Positions 41,320 through 51,610 of a stretch of 64,000 nt of DNA are shown one piece after another. The position numbers were made by a program, and so were the translations under genes. Below the pieces are notes generated by a model. It made no database searches, had not been told where the DNA came from, and saw nothing but the letters and a program-made list of their open reading frames with translations. The DNA is taken from positions 3,264,001-3,328,000 of the forward strand of contig CAWIPH010000002.1 in NCBI GenBank assembly GCA_963837955.1, written 5' to 3'. The number at the start of each line of letters is the position of its first letter. Position 1 is the stretch's first letter. The DNA is from an uncultured Verrucomicrobiae bacterium (GTDB lineage: Bacteria > Verrucomicrobiota > Verrucomicrobiia > Chthoniobacterales > JAFAMB01).

Positions 41320-42288
41320 ATGAGTATCACCTATCTCGAAGCGATTCGAGAAGCCCAAGCTAAAGCGCTGCGCGACGATCCGCGAGTTTACATTTACGGC
41401 CAGGACGTTGCGGATTTCGGTGGCGCCTTCAAAGCAACAAAGAATCTCGCGAAAGAATTTCCGGGGCGCGTATTGGATTCGCCCATCAGCGAGGATGCTA
41501 TGGTCGGGAGCGTCGTGGGTGCCGCCATCGAAGGGATGCGGCCCATCGTCGAGATGCAGTTCAGTGACTTCTCTACCGTTGCTTTCAATCAAATTGTCAA
41601 CCAAGCCGCCGCCTTTTATTGGCGAACCAATATACCTTGTCCGATTACGATTCGGATGCCCTCAGGGGGAAACCCGGGCAGCGGTCCGTTTCATAGCCAA
41701 GCCTTGGAATCGTTATATGCGCACTATCCCGGATTGATCGTGATGACCCCGGCGACGGTGGAAGACGCCTACGACCTGCTGCTTGAGGCCGTTGCGATCG
41801 ATGATCCAGTGATTTTCTGCGAGCACAAATTTCTCTACAATCGAATCAAGGCCGAAAAACTACCGGAGACAAATGGCCAAACAGCCGGAAAGGCCAGGAT
41901 CGCTCGACCTGGCAGAGACCTGACCATTGTTACGTATAGCGCGACCGTGCACGACGCCTTGGTGGCTGGGCAGGAGTTGGCTCGATCCGGTATCCAAGTC
42001 GAAGTGATCGATCTCCGAACAGTTAAACCGCTTGATACTGAAACCGTGCTTGCTTCCGTCGCAAATACCGGCCGGTTGCTTTGTGTCGGAGAATCGTGGC
42101 CCTGGGGAGGCGTAAATGCCGAAGTCATCGCCCGGGTGGCCACCAAAGGATTTCATCTATTGGATGCGCCTCCACAGCGGCTGAATAGCCGAGATGTGCC
42201 TATCCCTTATCACCCTGAACTCTGGCTCGCGTCGAGGCCCTCCGTCGCGATGATCGTCGAACGGGTGCGCCAAATATTGCAGTGGTAG
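41320..42288 (+). CDS. 2-oxoacid dehydrogenase E1 beta subunit
   Basis: GQDV..FGGAF, DSPISE, EMQFSDF, FHSQ, EHKFLY, IDLRTVKPLD. Confidence 0.92.
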   Translation: MSITYLEAIREAQAKALRDDPRVYIYGQDVADFGGAFKATKNLAKEFPGRVLDSPISEDAMVGSVVGAAIEGMRPIVEMQFSDFSTVAFNQIVNQAAAFYWRTNIPCPITIRMPSGGNPGSGPFHSQALESLYAHYPGLIVMTPATVEDAYDLLLEAVAIDDPVIFCEHKFLYNRIKAEKLPETNGQTAGKARIARPGRDLTIVTYSATVHDALVAGQELARSGIQVEVIDLRTVKPLDTETVLASVANTGRLLCVGESWPWGGVNAEVIARVATKGFHLLDAPPQRLNSRDVPIPYHPELWLASRPSVAMIVERVRQILQW

Positions 42289-42312
42289 TCTTTAACCGGC
42301 CAAATCGCTCCT

Positions 42313-43491
42313 ATGCCCAAAGTTCCAATCATTATGCCGCAGCTCGGTGAGTCGATCGCCGAAGCGACGATAGTACGTTTCTGTGTCGAAGTTGGGGACG
42401 CGGTCGAGACCGATCAGGAAATCGTCGAGGTCGAAACTAATAAGGCGGTGATGGGTGTAACGACACCATGCGCCGGAAAGATCGAAAGCTTTTCGGCAGC
42501 GGTTAACGAGGTGTATCCGATCGGGACTGTGCTGGGATATGTCGAGGCCAGCGTCGAGGATGCCGAACGCTTGAATGCCGCCGGATCAGGTCCTCTTGCG
42601 GAACATACCACGCAACAGCTTGAATCCGAGCCGGTCTCGTTTCAGGCTAGCGAGGGAGCAAGGGAGCTTCCGATCCGATCCCAAGGTGGCCCCTTTATCT
42701 CTCCACGCGTTAGGGCGCGGATGGACGACCTGGGCTGGAGTCAACAGGAGATCGGGTTGCTCGCCGGCACTGGAAAAGGTGGCAGAGTGACAGCTCGCGA
42801 TTTGGAAAATTATCTGGTCGCGCTTGAATCCAGCCCCACCGAAAAAGCGTCAGCCATGCGCTTGGCAGTCTCTGATTCCATGCGCCGCAGCTGGGCTCGG
42901 CCGCTCGCAACCGCCGGCGTAGCTTTTCGCTTGGATCCAATCCTTGCTCATCGCAAGCAGATAGATATTCCGCCGGGGCCCGCTCTTTATGTTGCCAAGG
43001 CTCTTGCCGTCGCGATCGCTGAACATCCCGCTTACGCTGCCCGTTTGGCGGGCGACCAGCTCATTCTGCCACAATCCATCGATATCGGGATTGCCGTTGA
43101 AGTGGAGGATGGCATCATCGTTCCGGTGCTCCGTAACCTGGATCAGCAACCAATTTCCGAACTAGGCAAGGCCTATCAAGATCTAGTCAGTGCGGCTCGC
43201 ACTCGTCGGTTGCCGGAAGAGATGCGCACCGGCTCCATCGCTTCGGTCACGAACTTCGGCCCACTGGGAATCACCTGGGCCACGCCGATTCCGCTGCCAA
43301 CCGAAACGCTGATCGCGGGCCTTGGTCGAGGCGAAAAGCGTCCAGTGTGGGACGAAGCAAGCGGACAATTTAAGCCGGTCTTAATGGCCGAACTTACCCT
43401 AACCTTCGACCATCGGATTTTGGATGGTGGCGCCGCTGGCCGCTTGATTCAACGAATGGTCTCGTTGCTCGAACAACCGGAAACTCTGTAG
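42313..43491 (+). CDS. Dihydrolipoamide acyltransferase E2
   Basis: MPQLGESI, lipoyl motif VETNKA, GTGKGGRVT PSBD, catalytic FDHRILDG. Confidence 0.92.
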   Translation: MPKVPIIMPQLGESIAEATIVRFCVEVGDAVETDQEIVEVETNKAVMGVTTPCAGKIESFSAAVNEVYPIGTVLGYVEASVEDAERLNAAGSGPLAEHTTQQLESEPVSFQASEGARELPIRSQGGPFISPRVRARMDDLGWSQQEIGLLAGTGKGGRVTARDLENYLVALESSPTEKASAMRLAVSDSMRRSWARPLATAGVAFRLDPILAHRKQIDIPPGPALYVAKALAVAIAEHPAYAARLAGDQLILPQSIDIGIAVEVEDGIIVPVLRNLDQQPISELGKAYQDLVSAARTRRLPEEMRTGSIASVTNFGPLGITWATPIPLPTETLIAGLGRGEKRPVWDEASGQFKPVLMAELTLTFDHRILDGGAAGRLIQRMVSLLEQPETL

Positions 43492-43836
43492 ATGATGACC
43501 AAAAGCAGATAGCAAATTTCGGCTATCGGCGACTGGCCATTTTGTTCGAGGACAGCGAGAATCAAATTTCCGCGGTTCTCAGAGTTCATCCTCGGCAATG
43601 GCGGCCGGGACAACCAAAAAGGTCGCCCAGCCGCCCGCCGAGACTACTCAAAGGCTGGCCCCCCGCAGACGTGATAGCCTTCAAGCGTCAAGGACATTGG
43701 AAAAAGTAGTAGTGTAGGCGTGCGGGCCGGGGCTCGTTTCGCGCTCACCTCGGTGCCAGCGACCCGGCGACTATGATTTCTCGCCACTCTTTGGGTACCG
43801 GCTGAAAACAGAATTTGGAGCAAAGCTTTCATTGGT

Positions 43837-43962
43837 TCATTGCGAAACGCCTACGAGTCGGCCGACGAACTGGCAGAGTCCTCCCCAGAACCTAGGGTCT
43901 GCTTGCACGTAGAAGGCAACGCAGACCAAGATCATCAGAAAACCTGTTTTCAATTCGTTCAT
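43837..43962 (-). CDS. Putative 41-aa membrane peptide MNELKTGFLMILVCVAFYVQADPRFWGGLCQFVGRLVGVSQ
   Basis: AGGTGG RBS; lies just downstream of a sigma54-type promoter; hydrophobic N-terminal half. Confidence 0.5.
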   Translation of the reverse strand: MNELKTGFLMILVCVAFYVQADPRFWGGLCQFVGRLVGVSQ

Positions 43963-43980
43963 GACTCGCATTCCACCTAA

Positions 43981-44027
43981 TGCAAGTGCTGTGCCACGCA
44001 ATTCATTTAATTTATAACATGCTGATT
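43981..44027 (-). promoter_or_regulatory. Sigma54 (-24/-12) promoter with upstream IHF site
   Basis: Minus strand TGGCAC-AGCAC-TTGCA (43981..43996); AATCAGCATGTTA (44015..44027) fits WATCARNNNNTTR in an AT-rich tract. Confidence 0.72.
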
Positions 44028-44225
44028 GTAAGATGGTTACGTATGAAAATGTGATTTTTCTGATAGTTGTTCTTTTGATCTAGCTCATCCGTAATTGGGA
44101 TCGCCGTTCCACTAGTGGGACGCCCAAAATGAGTAGGACCAGAGTTCATCGCGAAATTGCAGCCGGTAGCGAAATGACCACTACGTCCAAACCGGAATCC
44201 GGACCGTACCCCTTATAGAACTGTT

Positions 44226-44711
44226 GTGAGGCCGGAGAACGAGAAACTAATTGATACTGCCATGGGCTACTTTGAACTAGGCATGCTGGATGATGCCGTT
44301 GAAGAGCTCGCACCGCTCGGTGGCCGCGAACGGTTGAGCGTTCTTAGCGTCTGGAGCGCGGCGTTACGAATGGCGCAGCGATGGCCGGAAATGCGTTCAC
44401 TGACCCAAAAGATGGTTGAACTGTATCCGGCGGAAGCGGAGTGCTGGGTAAGCCTGGCCGATGCAACACGAAACTTAGTATCGTTGCAAGCGGGCCTCGA
44501 ACTCCTCGAAGCAGCGCGTCAACATTTTCCAGACGACGGCCACGTTCTTTTCCAAATCGGCTGTTACTGCTGTCGGCTCGGACGCCTGGACGAAGCGCGT
44601 CGGGCGGTGCGAGAAGCAATTTCGAGCAATCGGGTTTGGGCCAAGATCGCGGTGCAAGATCACGATCTAGCCCCACTGTGGCCCGAGCTTAGAAGATGGA
44701 GTTCTGGCTGA
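44226..44711 (+). CDS. TPR-repeat protein
   Basis: AMGYFELGM..DA, YP..AECWVSLA, FQIGCYCCRLGRLDEAR, D.DL.PL. Confidence 0.8.
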   Translation: MRPENEKLIDTAMGYFELGMLDDAVEELAPLGGRERLSVLSVWSAALRMAQRWPEMRSLTQKMVELYPAEAECWVSLADATRNLVSLQAGLELLEAARQHFPDDGHVLFQIGCYCCRLGRLDEARRAVREAISSNRVWAKIAVQDHDLAPLWPELRRWSSG

Positions 44712-44724
44712 CGAGCACCCGATC

Positions 44725-45741
44725 TTACGCCGGGCTCGCATTCGCGGCGATCGGATCCGCGCTCCTCTGACGCCGAGCGAGAAGGTAGGAGCCGATAACG
44801 AGTAGAGCCGCCAATGCCTGTGCGCTTAATGTCTCAACTGTAGGATAAACAGAAAACCAAACGCCCATCCAGTCGGGCGTAAAATTGGCCAGCCCATCGA
44901 TCTTTGTCGTGGGGATCCAGTGCGCTAGTTGCATCTCCTGCGCTTGTTCGCCCACCATGACTAGGAGCACAAATCCAAGCATTGTACCCGTGAGGACGAG
45001 CATCTTCCGATACGGCAGCCGGCGATGCGCGAAGAACGTGAGCACCGCCACAACTCCCGACAGCAGCACACCGATAAGTGCTCCGGCCAGGACCAGTTCA
45101 TTTCCCATTTGCAGGCGATAGCTCTGAAGGAACAACACTACCTCGAATCCCTCACGGTAAAACGAAGTGAATCCGAGGAGTCCAAGGCCCCAGAGCAGGC
45201 CGGTTCGCGAAATTTGAAATCCCTGAGCGCCGCTTAAGAGCGCCTTTTTCTTCCGGTTATGAGCGCAAATCCAACCGCCCCAGTAAACCTTATGGAAAAA
45301 CCAATTCATTATCGTCAGCAGAACCACTACGGCCAAAAGACCGGTTCCAGCCTGGAGATCGAGAGCCGAAACATTCTTTGAGAGATCGTTAATGACGCCT
45401 ACCGCAATGAACCAGGTCACCAGGGTTACGAGTACGCCGACCCCTACCCCAGCCGCGACCGGTTTTCGCTGAGATTCATTCGGACCGACCATGCTCGCCA
45501 TGATCGCCGAGAGCACCAGAATACATTCCAACCCCTCGCGGAAAACCAGGACTCCGATATCGAGCACTGCGACGGTTGGGTGGTTGTGCGGAAGCGTTGG
45601 ATCTGGGGCTCCGCTAGCGGTAACACCCTGCCAGACCAAAATCCCGGCGACCATCAAGGCGCCGATCAGAAGCAATATCCGGAGAATGGGCCGGACTTGG
45701 TAGGCGCTTGGGGATGCGGACCGAACGGCAGCAGAGCTCAT
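44725..45741 (-). CDS. FTR1/EfeU-family iron permease
   Basis: Two RExxE motifs (FREGLE, YREGFE); multiple TM segments. Confidence 0.9.
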   Translation of the reverse strand: MSSAAVRSASPSAYQVRPILRILLLIGALMVAGILVWQGVTASGAPDPTLPHNHPTVAVLDIGVLVFREGLECILVLSAIMASMVGPNESQRKPVAAGVGVGVLVTLVTWFIAVGVINDLSKNVSALDLQAGTGLLAVVVLLTIMNWFFHKVYWGGWICAHNRKKKALLSGAQGFQISRTGLLWGLGLLGFTSFYREGFEVVLFLQSYRLQMGNELVLAGALIGVLLSGVVAVLTFFAHRRLPYRKMLVLTGTMLGFVLLVMVGEQAQEMQLAHWIPTTKIDGLANFTPDWMGVWFSVYPTVETLSAQALAALLVIGSYLLARRQRSADPIAANASPA

Positions 45742-45747
45742 TATTAC

Positions 45748-45777
45748 TGAAAATGACTCTCAATAGCGCTTTGTCAA
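45748..45777 (-). promoter_or_regulatory. Fur-box-like 7-1-7 site overlapping the FTR1 promoter
   Basis: TGAAAAT-G-ACTCTCA (45748..45762) matches 11/14 positions of TGATAATnATTATCA; minus-strand TTGACA at 45772..45777. Confidence 0.6.
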
Positions 45778-45842
45778 CGCCAGAGTCGATCTCTTTCGAG
45801 TAGCCTGATCCTCCTGGCTCAGGGACCCATGGCGCAGCGATT

Positions 45843-45919
45843 GTGAGAGGTGAGAAGTGATTGGTGGATTGGTGGGAGAAATCTCCCACCCTCTCACCAA
45901 TCACTGATCACTAATCACC
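45843..45919. repeat. Heptamer-repeat palindrome (ggtgatt/aatcacc family), possible terminator
   Basis: Central ggtgggaga-aa-tctcccacc stem flanked by gtgattggtg and caccaatcac. Confidence 0.6.
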
Positions 45920-45962
45920 GTTTTTGGAGGGAACGAAGGCTAGAGCATCAGGCTACAGGGCC

Positions 45963-47021
45963 TCAGAAATCGAACTGATCGATGTTCTCCTTATTGAATA
46001 CCTTGGGCGGGCCTAAGAGAATCTGGCTCCCGTTAATAACTTTTACCTTCCCAAGTTTTCCGGCGTCGAGCTCGGTCGCACCTGGTTTCAACTTCCCATC
46101 AATCGAGGCCCGCATCGCATAAGCGGATAAGTAACCAAGATCGACCGGGTTCCACAGGATGACATCTTTTACGGCGCCGTTTTTCACAAAAGGCTTCATT
46201 TGGTTCGGGGTCGACAAACCGACGACAGCGATTTTCCCGATCAGATTGGCTTGAGTGATCGCGTCCGCTGCGCCTGGGAACGCAACGCTCGATAATCCAA
46301 TGATACCTTTGACACTGGGATAGGCTTTCAAGATTTCGCCAGTTCTCTTGAATGCGAGCTGTTGATCCTCTTCCGCAGGCACAATTGTCACGATGTTAAT
46401 CTTGGGGTGAGCTTGCGGGATGTATTTTTTAATCTCGGCGATCCAGGCATTCTGACCGGCAGCAGTCATCGAGCTAGTGACGATCGCAATATCGGCTTGC
46501 TCACCAACTTGAGACACCATGTCGTCGATGAGAGCCTTGGCGACTCCGTCGGGCGTGCACATCTGAGCAAACCATTCGCGGGCGTCGGGCTGCGACTCGG
46601 CATCGTAGCCGATCACGTGAATTCCAGCCTTGAGCGCTTTGCGAAGCACGGGCGAGATCGCTACCGGGTCATTGGCGGCGAAAAAGATACCGTCAACACC
46701 CTTAGATATGGCTGTATCGATGAACTCGATCTGCTTTTGGATGTCGCCCTCGGTCGGAGCATCCGTGGTCACTTCTGTCGGTAAGCCGCTCTTTGTCAGG
46801 TCTGCGCACCCTTCCGCGATTCCTTTCGCGGTGGCATTGAAATACCCGATGCCGATCAATTTCGGAACATCGGCCAGGACGACCTTCTTGCCTTTGAGAT
46901 CTTTCGCGTTAGCCGGCTGCCCGCCATCGTAAGGCGCATCAGCAGCGAAAACGCTGGCAGCAGACGTCGCCAGCAACAGAATAAGCGCTTTGAGAAAGCG
47001 CGATGGATTAGTTGATATCAT
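45963..47021 (-). CDS. Sugar ABC transporter substrate-binding protein (RhaS/LsrB-like)
   Basis: Signal peptide; PKLIGIGYF, GYDAE, QNAWI, LWNPVDLGY, FNKENIDQFDF. Confidence 0.88.
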   Translation of the reverse strand: MISTNPSRFLKALILLLATSAASVFAADAPYDGGQPANAKDLKGKKVVLADVPKLIGIGYFNATAKGIAEGCADLTKSGLPTEVTTDAPTEGDIQKQIEFIDTAISKGVDGIFFAANDPVAISPVLRKALKAGIHVIGYDAESQPDAREWFAQMCTPDGVAKALIDDMVSQVGEQADIAIVTSSMTAAGQNAWIAEIKKYIPQAHPKINIVTIVPAEEDQQLAFKRTGEILKAYPSVKGIIGLSSVAFPGAADAITQANLIGKIAVVGLSTPNQMKPFVKNGAVKDVILWNPVDLGYLSAYAMRASIDGKLKPGATELDAGKLGKVKVINGSQILLGPPKVFNKENIDQFDF

Positions 47022-47024
47022 AGT

Positions 47025-49106
47025 CTAGGGGGCTCGTATTATGGTTTGCGGTTTATGCTGTAATTTGAAGAAGCCGCGTCCAGAAAGGATGAACTTCTCC
47101 AAAAATTGATTCAGCAAAATGGAAAGAATGAGGACCGTGCCAATCAGAACGACCGTGGCTTCTCCGCGAAAACCGGCTAGCTGAAGTCCGTTCTTCAAGA
47201 GTTGGATAGTGACGACACCAAGCGCTGTACCGAGAATCGTGCCGCGTCCGCCAAAAATGCTCGTGCCGCCGAAAACGACCGCTGCAATCACATCCAACTC
47301 CAAACCTGTGGAGGCGTCCGCCCGGGTCGAGGTAACGCGCGAGGTAAAGATAAATCCGACTATACCGGCCATAAACCCGCTGAAAGTGTATGCGAGCAGT
47401 TTAATCCGACCCACCCGGAGGCCGGCGAAGCGAGCGGCGACTTCATTATTTCCAATTGCGTAAATCCTACGGCCGGTCGGCGTGGCACCAAGAACTAGTC
47501 CACTCACTACGAAAACAACGATCAACAGGTAGAGCTGCACCGGTAGGCCAGCGATCTCGCCGCTGCCCCAAAATGCAAATGAGTCAGGGAATCCGTTGAA
47601 TGAACGCGACTCGCTAATACCATAAGCAAGACCGCGAAAGATCGCCAAGGTCGCCAGGGTCACGATCAATGGTGGTACACCGAGATAGACCGTCACGAGC
47701 CCGTTCAAATAACCGGCCAGCGTTCCGCCAGCAATCCCAACGATGACTGCGAACCAGAGTGGAAAGCCTAGCACCTGCCACGAGAAGCCCAACAGAACGG
47801 CGCTGAACGCGACGATCGAGCCAACCGAAAGATCGATCCCACCCATGATGATCAGGAAAGTCATCGGTACGGCCATAAGTGCCACCTCACTGAGGAAGCG
47901 GGTTTGGTTTAACAAGTTTGCGGTCGTAAAGAACCGATCTGATAGAAAAGAGAGCGTGATCACCGCAATCACCAGCACACCAGCGAGAACCACTTCCTGA
48001 AGACTGAGCCAACGTAATCGAAATACACCCGGCGAAGCCGCCTGTCCGCTCCCTCCCCCGGCAATTACCGCGCCACTTGTTTGCCGGCGACGGAACACAT
48101 CGAGCAGAATGGTCAGTAGAATCAGACTTCCTTGGACGGTTAGGAACCATTCGGCACGAATGTGGAGAAAAACGAGCGCGCTCCCAATGGTTTGAAGAAG
48201 CAGCGCGCCTAGCAGCGCTCCGATCACGTTTCCGGTTCCGCCGAGGATGCTGACTCCTCCGATAACGGTGGCGGTGATTACAGTGAGCTCAAATCCCGGC
48301 GCGACATTGCTTTGGATCGCAGTAAAGTTGGTCGCGTACAAAATAGCTGCCATCCCAACCAGAAGCCCATTCATTACAAACACAAGAATGGTCACATGGC
48401 GTTCAGAAATGCCTGACAACCGCGCTGCTTCGGCATTGCCACCAACCGCGTAGAGTTCTCTACCTTTTGCGGAATGCTTCAGCCAGAGCGCGAAAACGAT
48501 CCCCAGCAAAATTAATACGAAAATCGGCACTGGAATATAGAAGGTGCCGTAAACAGGAATCCAAGCTGGAATCGAAGTGCGACTGATGCCAAACCCAGGC
48601 GGTAACCCATAAATCCAGCGCCCGCCCGTGGAAAGGATCAGACTCCCCTTTAGGATGCTTGCCATACCCAATGTGGTAACGATGGCGGGTATCCTACCGT
48701 AGGCCACTAATAGGCCGTTGATAAGACCGATGAATCCGCCGGCAAGAATAGTCACCGGGAAAACTACCGCCAATGGCAGCCCGGCTACTGCAAGCTTGCC
48801 TGCGATCGTAGCGCAGACGCCAAGTGCGGCTCCAATAGAAATATCGATATGGCCGCATAGGATGATCATCGTCATGCCGATGGCTGCCACCCCGATGTAG
48901 GAGCAGTTGTAGAGCATGTCCCGGAAGTTGCTGAGCTCGAGGAATCCATGATTCAGCGAACCCACCCAGCCAAAGACCACGCAAAACGCCACAAAAAGAA
49001 CGGTCTCCTGCTGATTCAACAATCTCAGCAAGCTACCAAGCGAGGATGCTTTACTCTCCCCTGAACTGATCTTCGCGGAGTGGATAGGCGGAGGAGCCGT
49101 CGACAT
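47025..49106 (-). CDS. Sugar ABC transporter permease with two fused BPD_transp_2 domains
   Basis: Two copies of IDxSxG, P..IVT, YA.G.N..AAR..G and GG.SI.GG.G joined by a GGGSG linker. Confidence 0.9.
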   Translation of the reverse strand: MSTAPPPIHSAKISSGESKASSLGSLLRLLNQQETVLFVAFCVVFGWVGSLNHGFLELSNFRDMLYNCSYIGVAAIGMTMIILCGHIDISIGAALGVCATIAGKLAVAGLPLAVVFPVTILAGGFIGLINGLLVAYGRIPAIVTTLGMASILKGSLILSTGGRWIYGLPPGFGISRTSIPAWIPVYGTFYIPVPIFVLILLGIVFALWLKHSAKGRELYAVGGNAEAARLSGISERHVTILVFVMNGLLVGMAAILYATNFTAIQSNVAPGFELTVITATVIGGVSILGGTGNVIGALLGALLLQTIGSALVFLHIRAEWFLTVQGSLILLTILLDVFRRRQTSGAVIAGGGSGQAASPGVFRLRWLSLQEVVLAGVLVIAVITLSFLSDRFFTTANLLNQTRFLSEVALMAVPMTFLIIMGGIDLSVGSIVAFSAVLLGFSWQVLGFPLWFAVIVGIAGGTLAGYLNGLVTVYLGVPPLIVTLATLAIFRGLAYGISESRSFNGFPDSFAFWGSGEIAGLPVQLYLLIVVFVVSGLVLGATPTGRRIYAIGNNEVAARFAGLRVGRIKLLAYTFSGFMAGIVGFIFTSRVTSTRADASTGLELDVIAAVVFGGTSIFGGRGTILGTALGVVTIQLLKNGLQLAGFRGEATVVLIGTVLILSILLNQFLEKFILSGRGFFKLQHKPQTIIRAP

Positions 49107-49123
49107 AATATCTAGTGCGTCGT

Positions 49124-50755
49124 CTAAACCAAAAGCTTCCCGTCTCCGGCCGCAGCGGAATCCCCATTCTCAGCCGGCCGGATCTGTTCGGCTTCAGGAG
49201 CGTGCCTGCCCAATGCAGCGGTAATGACTGCTTCCTGGGTGGCCTCCTTCCGTTGAAATTCAGCTACCAATAACCCTTCGCGCATGACCAGGATGCGGTC
49301 ACTCAACCGCATGATCTCGGGTAGATCGCTCGAGATGACGAGTATGGCCAACCCCCCCTCTCGAGCCAAGGAGTCAAGCAATCGATGGATCTCGGCCCGC
49401 GCGCCTACGTCAATTCCCCGGGTGGGCTCATCCACGATGAGAACACGCGGATTGGTTGCCAGCCATTTGCCAAGCACAATCTTTTGCTGGTTTCCGCCGG
49501 AAAGATTTCGGGCTGTTTGCCTTGCATTGGGAGTCTTGATTCGAAGCTTATCAATATACTCTCGAGCCAGGGCATCCTCTGCCTCAAAATCGATGAAAGG
49601 TCCTCTGGTTAGGGAGCCGAGCCGTGTCATCCCGATGTTCTCGCCGACCGTCATGGCAGTAATTAAGCCTTGGCGTTGCCGATCTTCGGGCACATAAGCG
49701 ATACCAAGCTTCATCGCCTCTTCGGGACGGTTGATCTTCACCTCGGAGCCCTCCACTTCTACCGTTCCTGACTCGGGGGGCATCACCCCAAAAATCGCCT
49801 GGGCCAGCTCGGACCGTCCTGATCCAATCAGGCCAGCCAACCCGACTATCTCTCCGGCGTACAGTTCGAGACTGGCATCACGTAAACTCGGTCGCCGAGC
49901 TAAATTGCGTCCTCGCAGTAGCAGTGGGCCCCTTTTAACCGATCGCTCCGCATGCGAGACCGGTTCCTCCTCCAGGGCCCGCCCAACCATTAATCGAATC
50001 AGCTCAGATTCTTTAGTTTCGGATGCGGGCCTTATCGCCACCAAGTTACCGTCACGCAGGACAGTTACCCGGTTCGCTAGCGCAAAAATTTCAACCAGGC
50101 GATGGCTAATATAGATGACCGCAACTTTCTGCGCGGCCAAACGCCGGATAATGGCGAACAACCTGTCCGCATCGTGCTGGGTCAAAACCGCGGTTGGTTC
50201 ATCTAAAATCAAAATACGAGCACGACGCGATAGCGCCTTGGCGATCTCCACTCTTTGACGGTTTCCGACAGAGAGCGTTCCGACCCGAGCGTTCACGTCT
50301 AGGTCGCCGGCATCCAAAGACTCCAGGACTGCCGCTGCCTCCTTGGCGGCGCGGCGCCAATCCAAAGTTAGCCCACCGAACCTCCTCGGCATATGTCCCG
50401 TGAAAATATTTTCGGCGACCGTAAGTTCCGGGTAGAGGCTGAACTCTTGATAGATCGTGGCTATCCCCTGGGCCTGGGCTTCGCGTGGGCTGAGGAAATG
50501 GACCGGCTTGCCCGCAACCGACATCTCGCCCGTGTCAGGAGGATAAACCCCAGAAATAATCTTGATCAGCGTAGACTTACCCGCACCGTTTTCTCCGAGT
50601 AATGCGTGCACCTCGCCCGCATGGACATCGAAGGAAACATCGGCGAGTGCGCGCACACCCGGAAACGATTTACTAACTCCGCGCAGCGCCAGGACCGGTT
50701 CGTCAATAGATGCTGAAGATGAAGAGACTGAAAATTCTCGATGCTGCTCTGCCAT
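49124..50755 (-). CDS. Sugar ABC transporter ATP-binding protein (two NBDs)
   Basis: [50 protein letters not shown]. Confidence 0.93.
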   Translation of the reverse strand: MAEQHREFSVSSSSASIDEPVLALRGVSKSFPGVRALADVSFDVHAGEVHALLGENGAGKSTLIKIISGVYPPDTGEMSVAGKPVHFLSPREAQAQGIATIYQEFSLYPELTVAENIFTGHMPRRFGGLTLDWRRAAKEAAAVLESLDAGDLDVNARVGTLSVGNRQRVEIAKALSRRARILILDEPTAVLTQHDADRLFAIIRRLAAQKVAVIYISHRLVEIFALANRVTVLRDGNLVAIRPASETKESELIRLMVGRALEEEPVSHAERSVKRGPLLLRGRNLARRPSLRDASLELYAGEIVGLAGLIGSGRSELAQAIFGVMPPESGTVEVEGSEVKINRPEEAMKLGIAYVPEDRQRQGLITAMTVGENIGMTRLGSLTRGPFIDFEAEDALAREYIDKLRIKTPNARQTARNLSGGNQQKIVLGKWLATNPRVLIVDEPTRGIDVGARAEIHRLLDSLAREGGLAILVISSDLPEIMRLSDRILVMREGLLVAEFQRKEATQEAVITAALGRHAPEAEQIRPAENGDSAAAGDGKLLV

Positions 50756-51055
50756 GAACCCAATCAAGAGGAACGGGGAAACAATCGAAGATTACCTCTT
50801 CCTTGCGTTCATCTCCCAAGCTGAACCTACTTTGGGAAGTGGAACCCTCGATCAATGCGCGAAATGTTCAGCTTCTCCTTTGCGGAAGTCAAACCCTTTG
50901 AAAGCAGATTCCTGCGTGCTCCGGACTGGCGAAACAAAATTGCTTCTGCCCTCGGAAAATTTGCGGAACCCGGCTTAGTCTCCGAGTTCACCGTCCAGCG
51001 GAAAACCTAACACCTGCCGTTGGCGCTGATTCGCCCTGCAGGTACTTTCACGTCC

Positions 51056-51211
51056 ATGAAAAAGCGGACCGGCCTTCTTCTTATGCTTATTTTATTTTGT
51101 GGCGTGGTTTGCCTGGCAGGTTGTTCCGATACCTCAGCCTGGCAGATGGGGGCCGAGGGTATGCCACTGAACTCCGCCCCTAGTGGAACAAGCGATTCAA
51201 CGAGTCAATGA
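51056..51211 (+). CDS. Small putative lipoprotein (51 aa)
   Basis: MKKRTG, hydrophobic core and lipobox LAGC. Confidence 0.62.
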   Translation: MKKRTGLLLMLILFCGVVCLAGCSDTSAWQMGAEGMPLNSAPSGTSDSTSQ

Positions 51212-51610
51212 CCTTTGGCCGAGTCATGGCCCGGCGGCGCCGTTACCGTTAAAGCGTCACCAGCCGGTATAGAAACCTGGACCACCCGATTGCGGAAAAG
51301 ATGGGCCCTGAAAATGAACCTCATGAGCTGGGTATGTGCGGCCATTAAGATATTTCGTGGTACCAGGGTCCTCCCCAGGAGGGACCCTGCCTGATCCCGC
51401 ATACACGGGACCAGGCGCGGTTCTCATTGGTGCTTTAACGCGGCGATCACTCGATCACCGCTAGGCAAGCGATAATTCCGAACGCGCCGATTTACGCAGA
51501 GAACAGGATAGACGGTGAATCGAGGAAAGGATTTAACCCTATCGGGTGATGAGCGGTCGGGGCCAAGCTGCAAACCCGAGCCCGATATGGCAATAAAAGG
51601 ACGAAAGAAA

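Noticed and set aside
38360..43491. B12-riboswitch control of the 2-oxoacid dehydrogenase genes
   Set aside because: The 58-bp gap holds a plausible promoter of its own (TTGCAT-16nt-GATATT), and no functional link is evident.
51205..51600. Small ORFs between the lipoprotein gene and the 51611 gene
   Set aside because: Several competing short frames, none with a clear RBS or motif.
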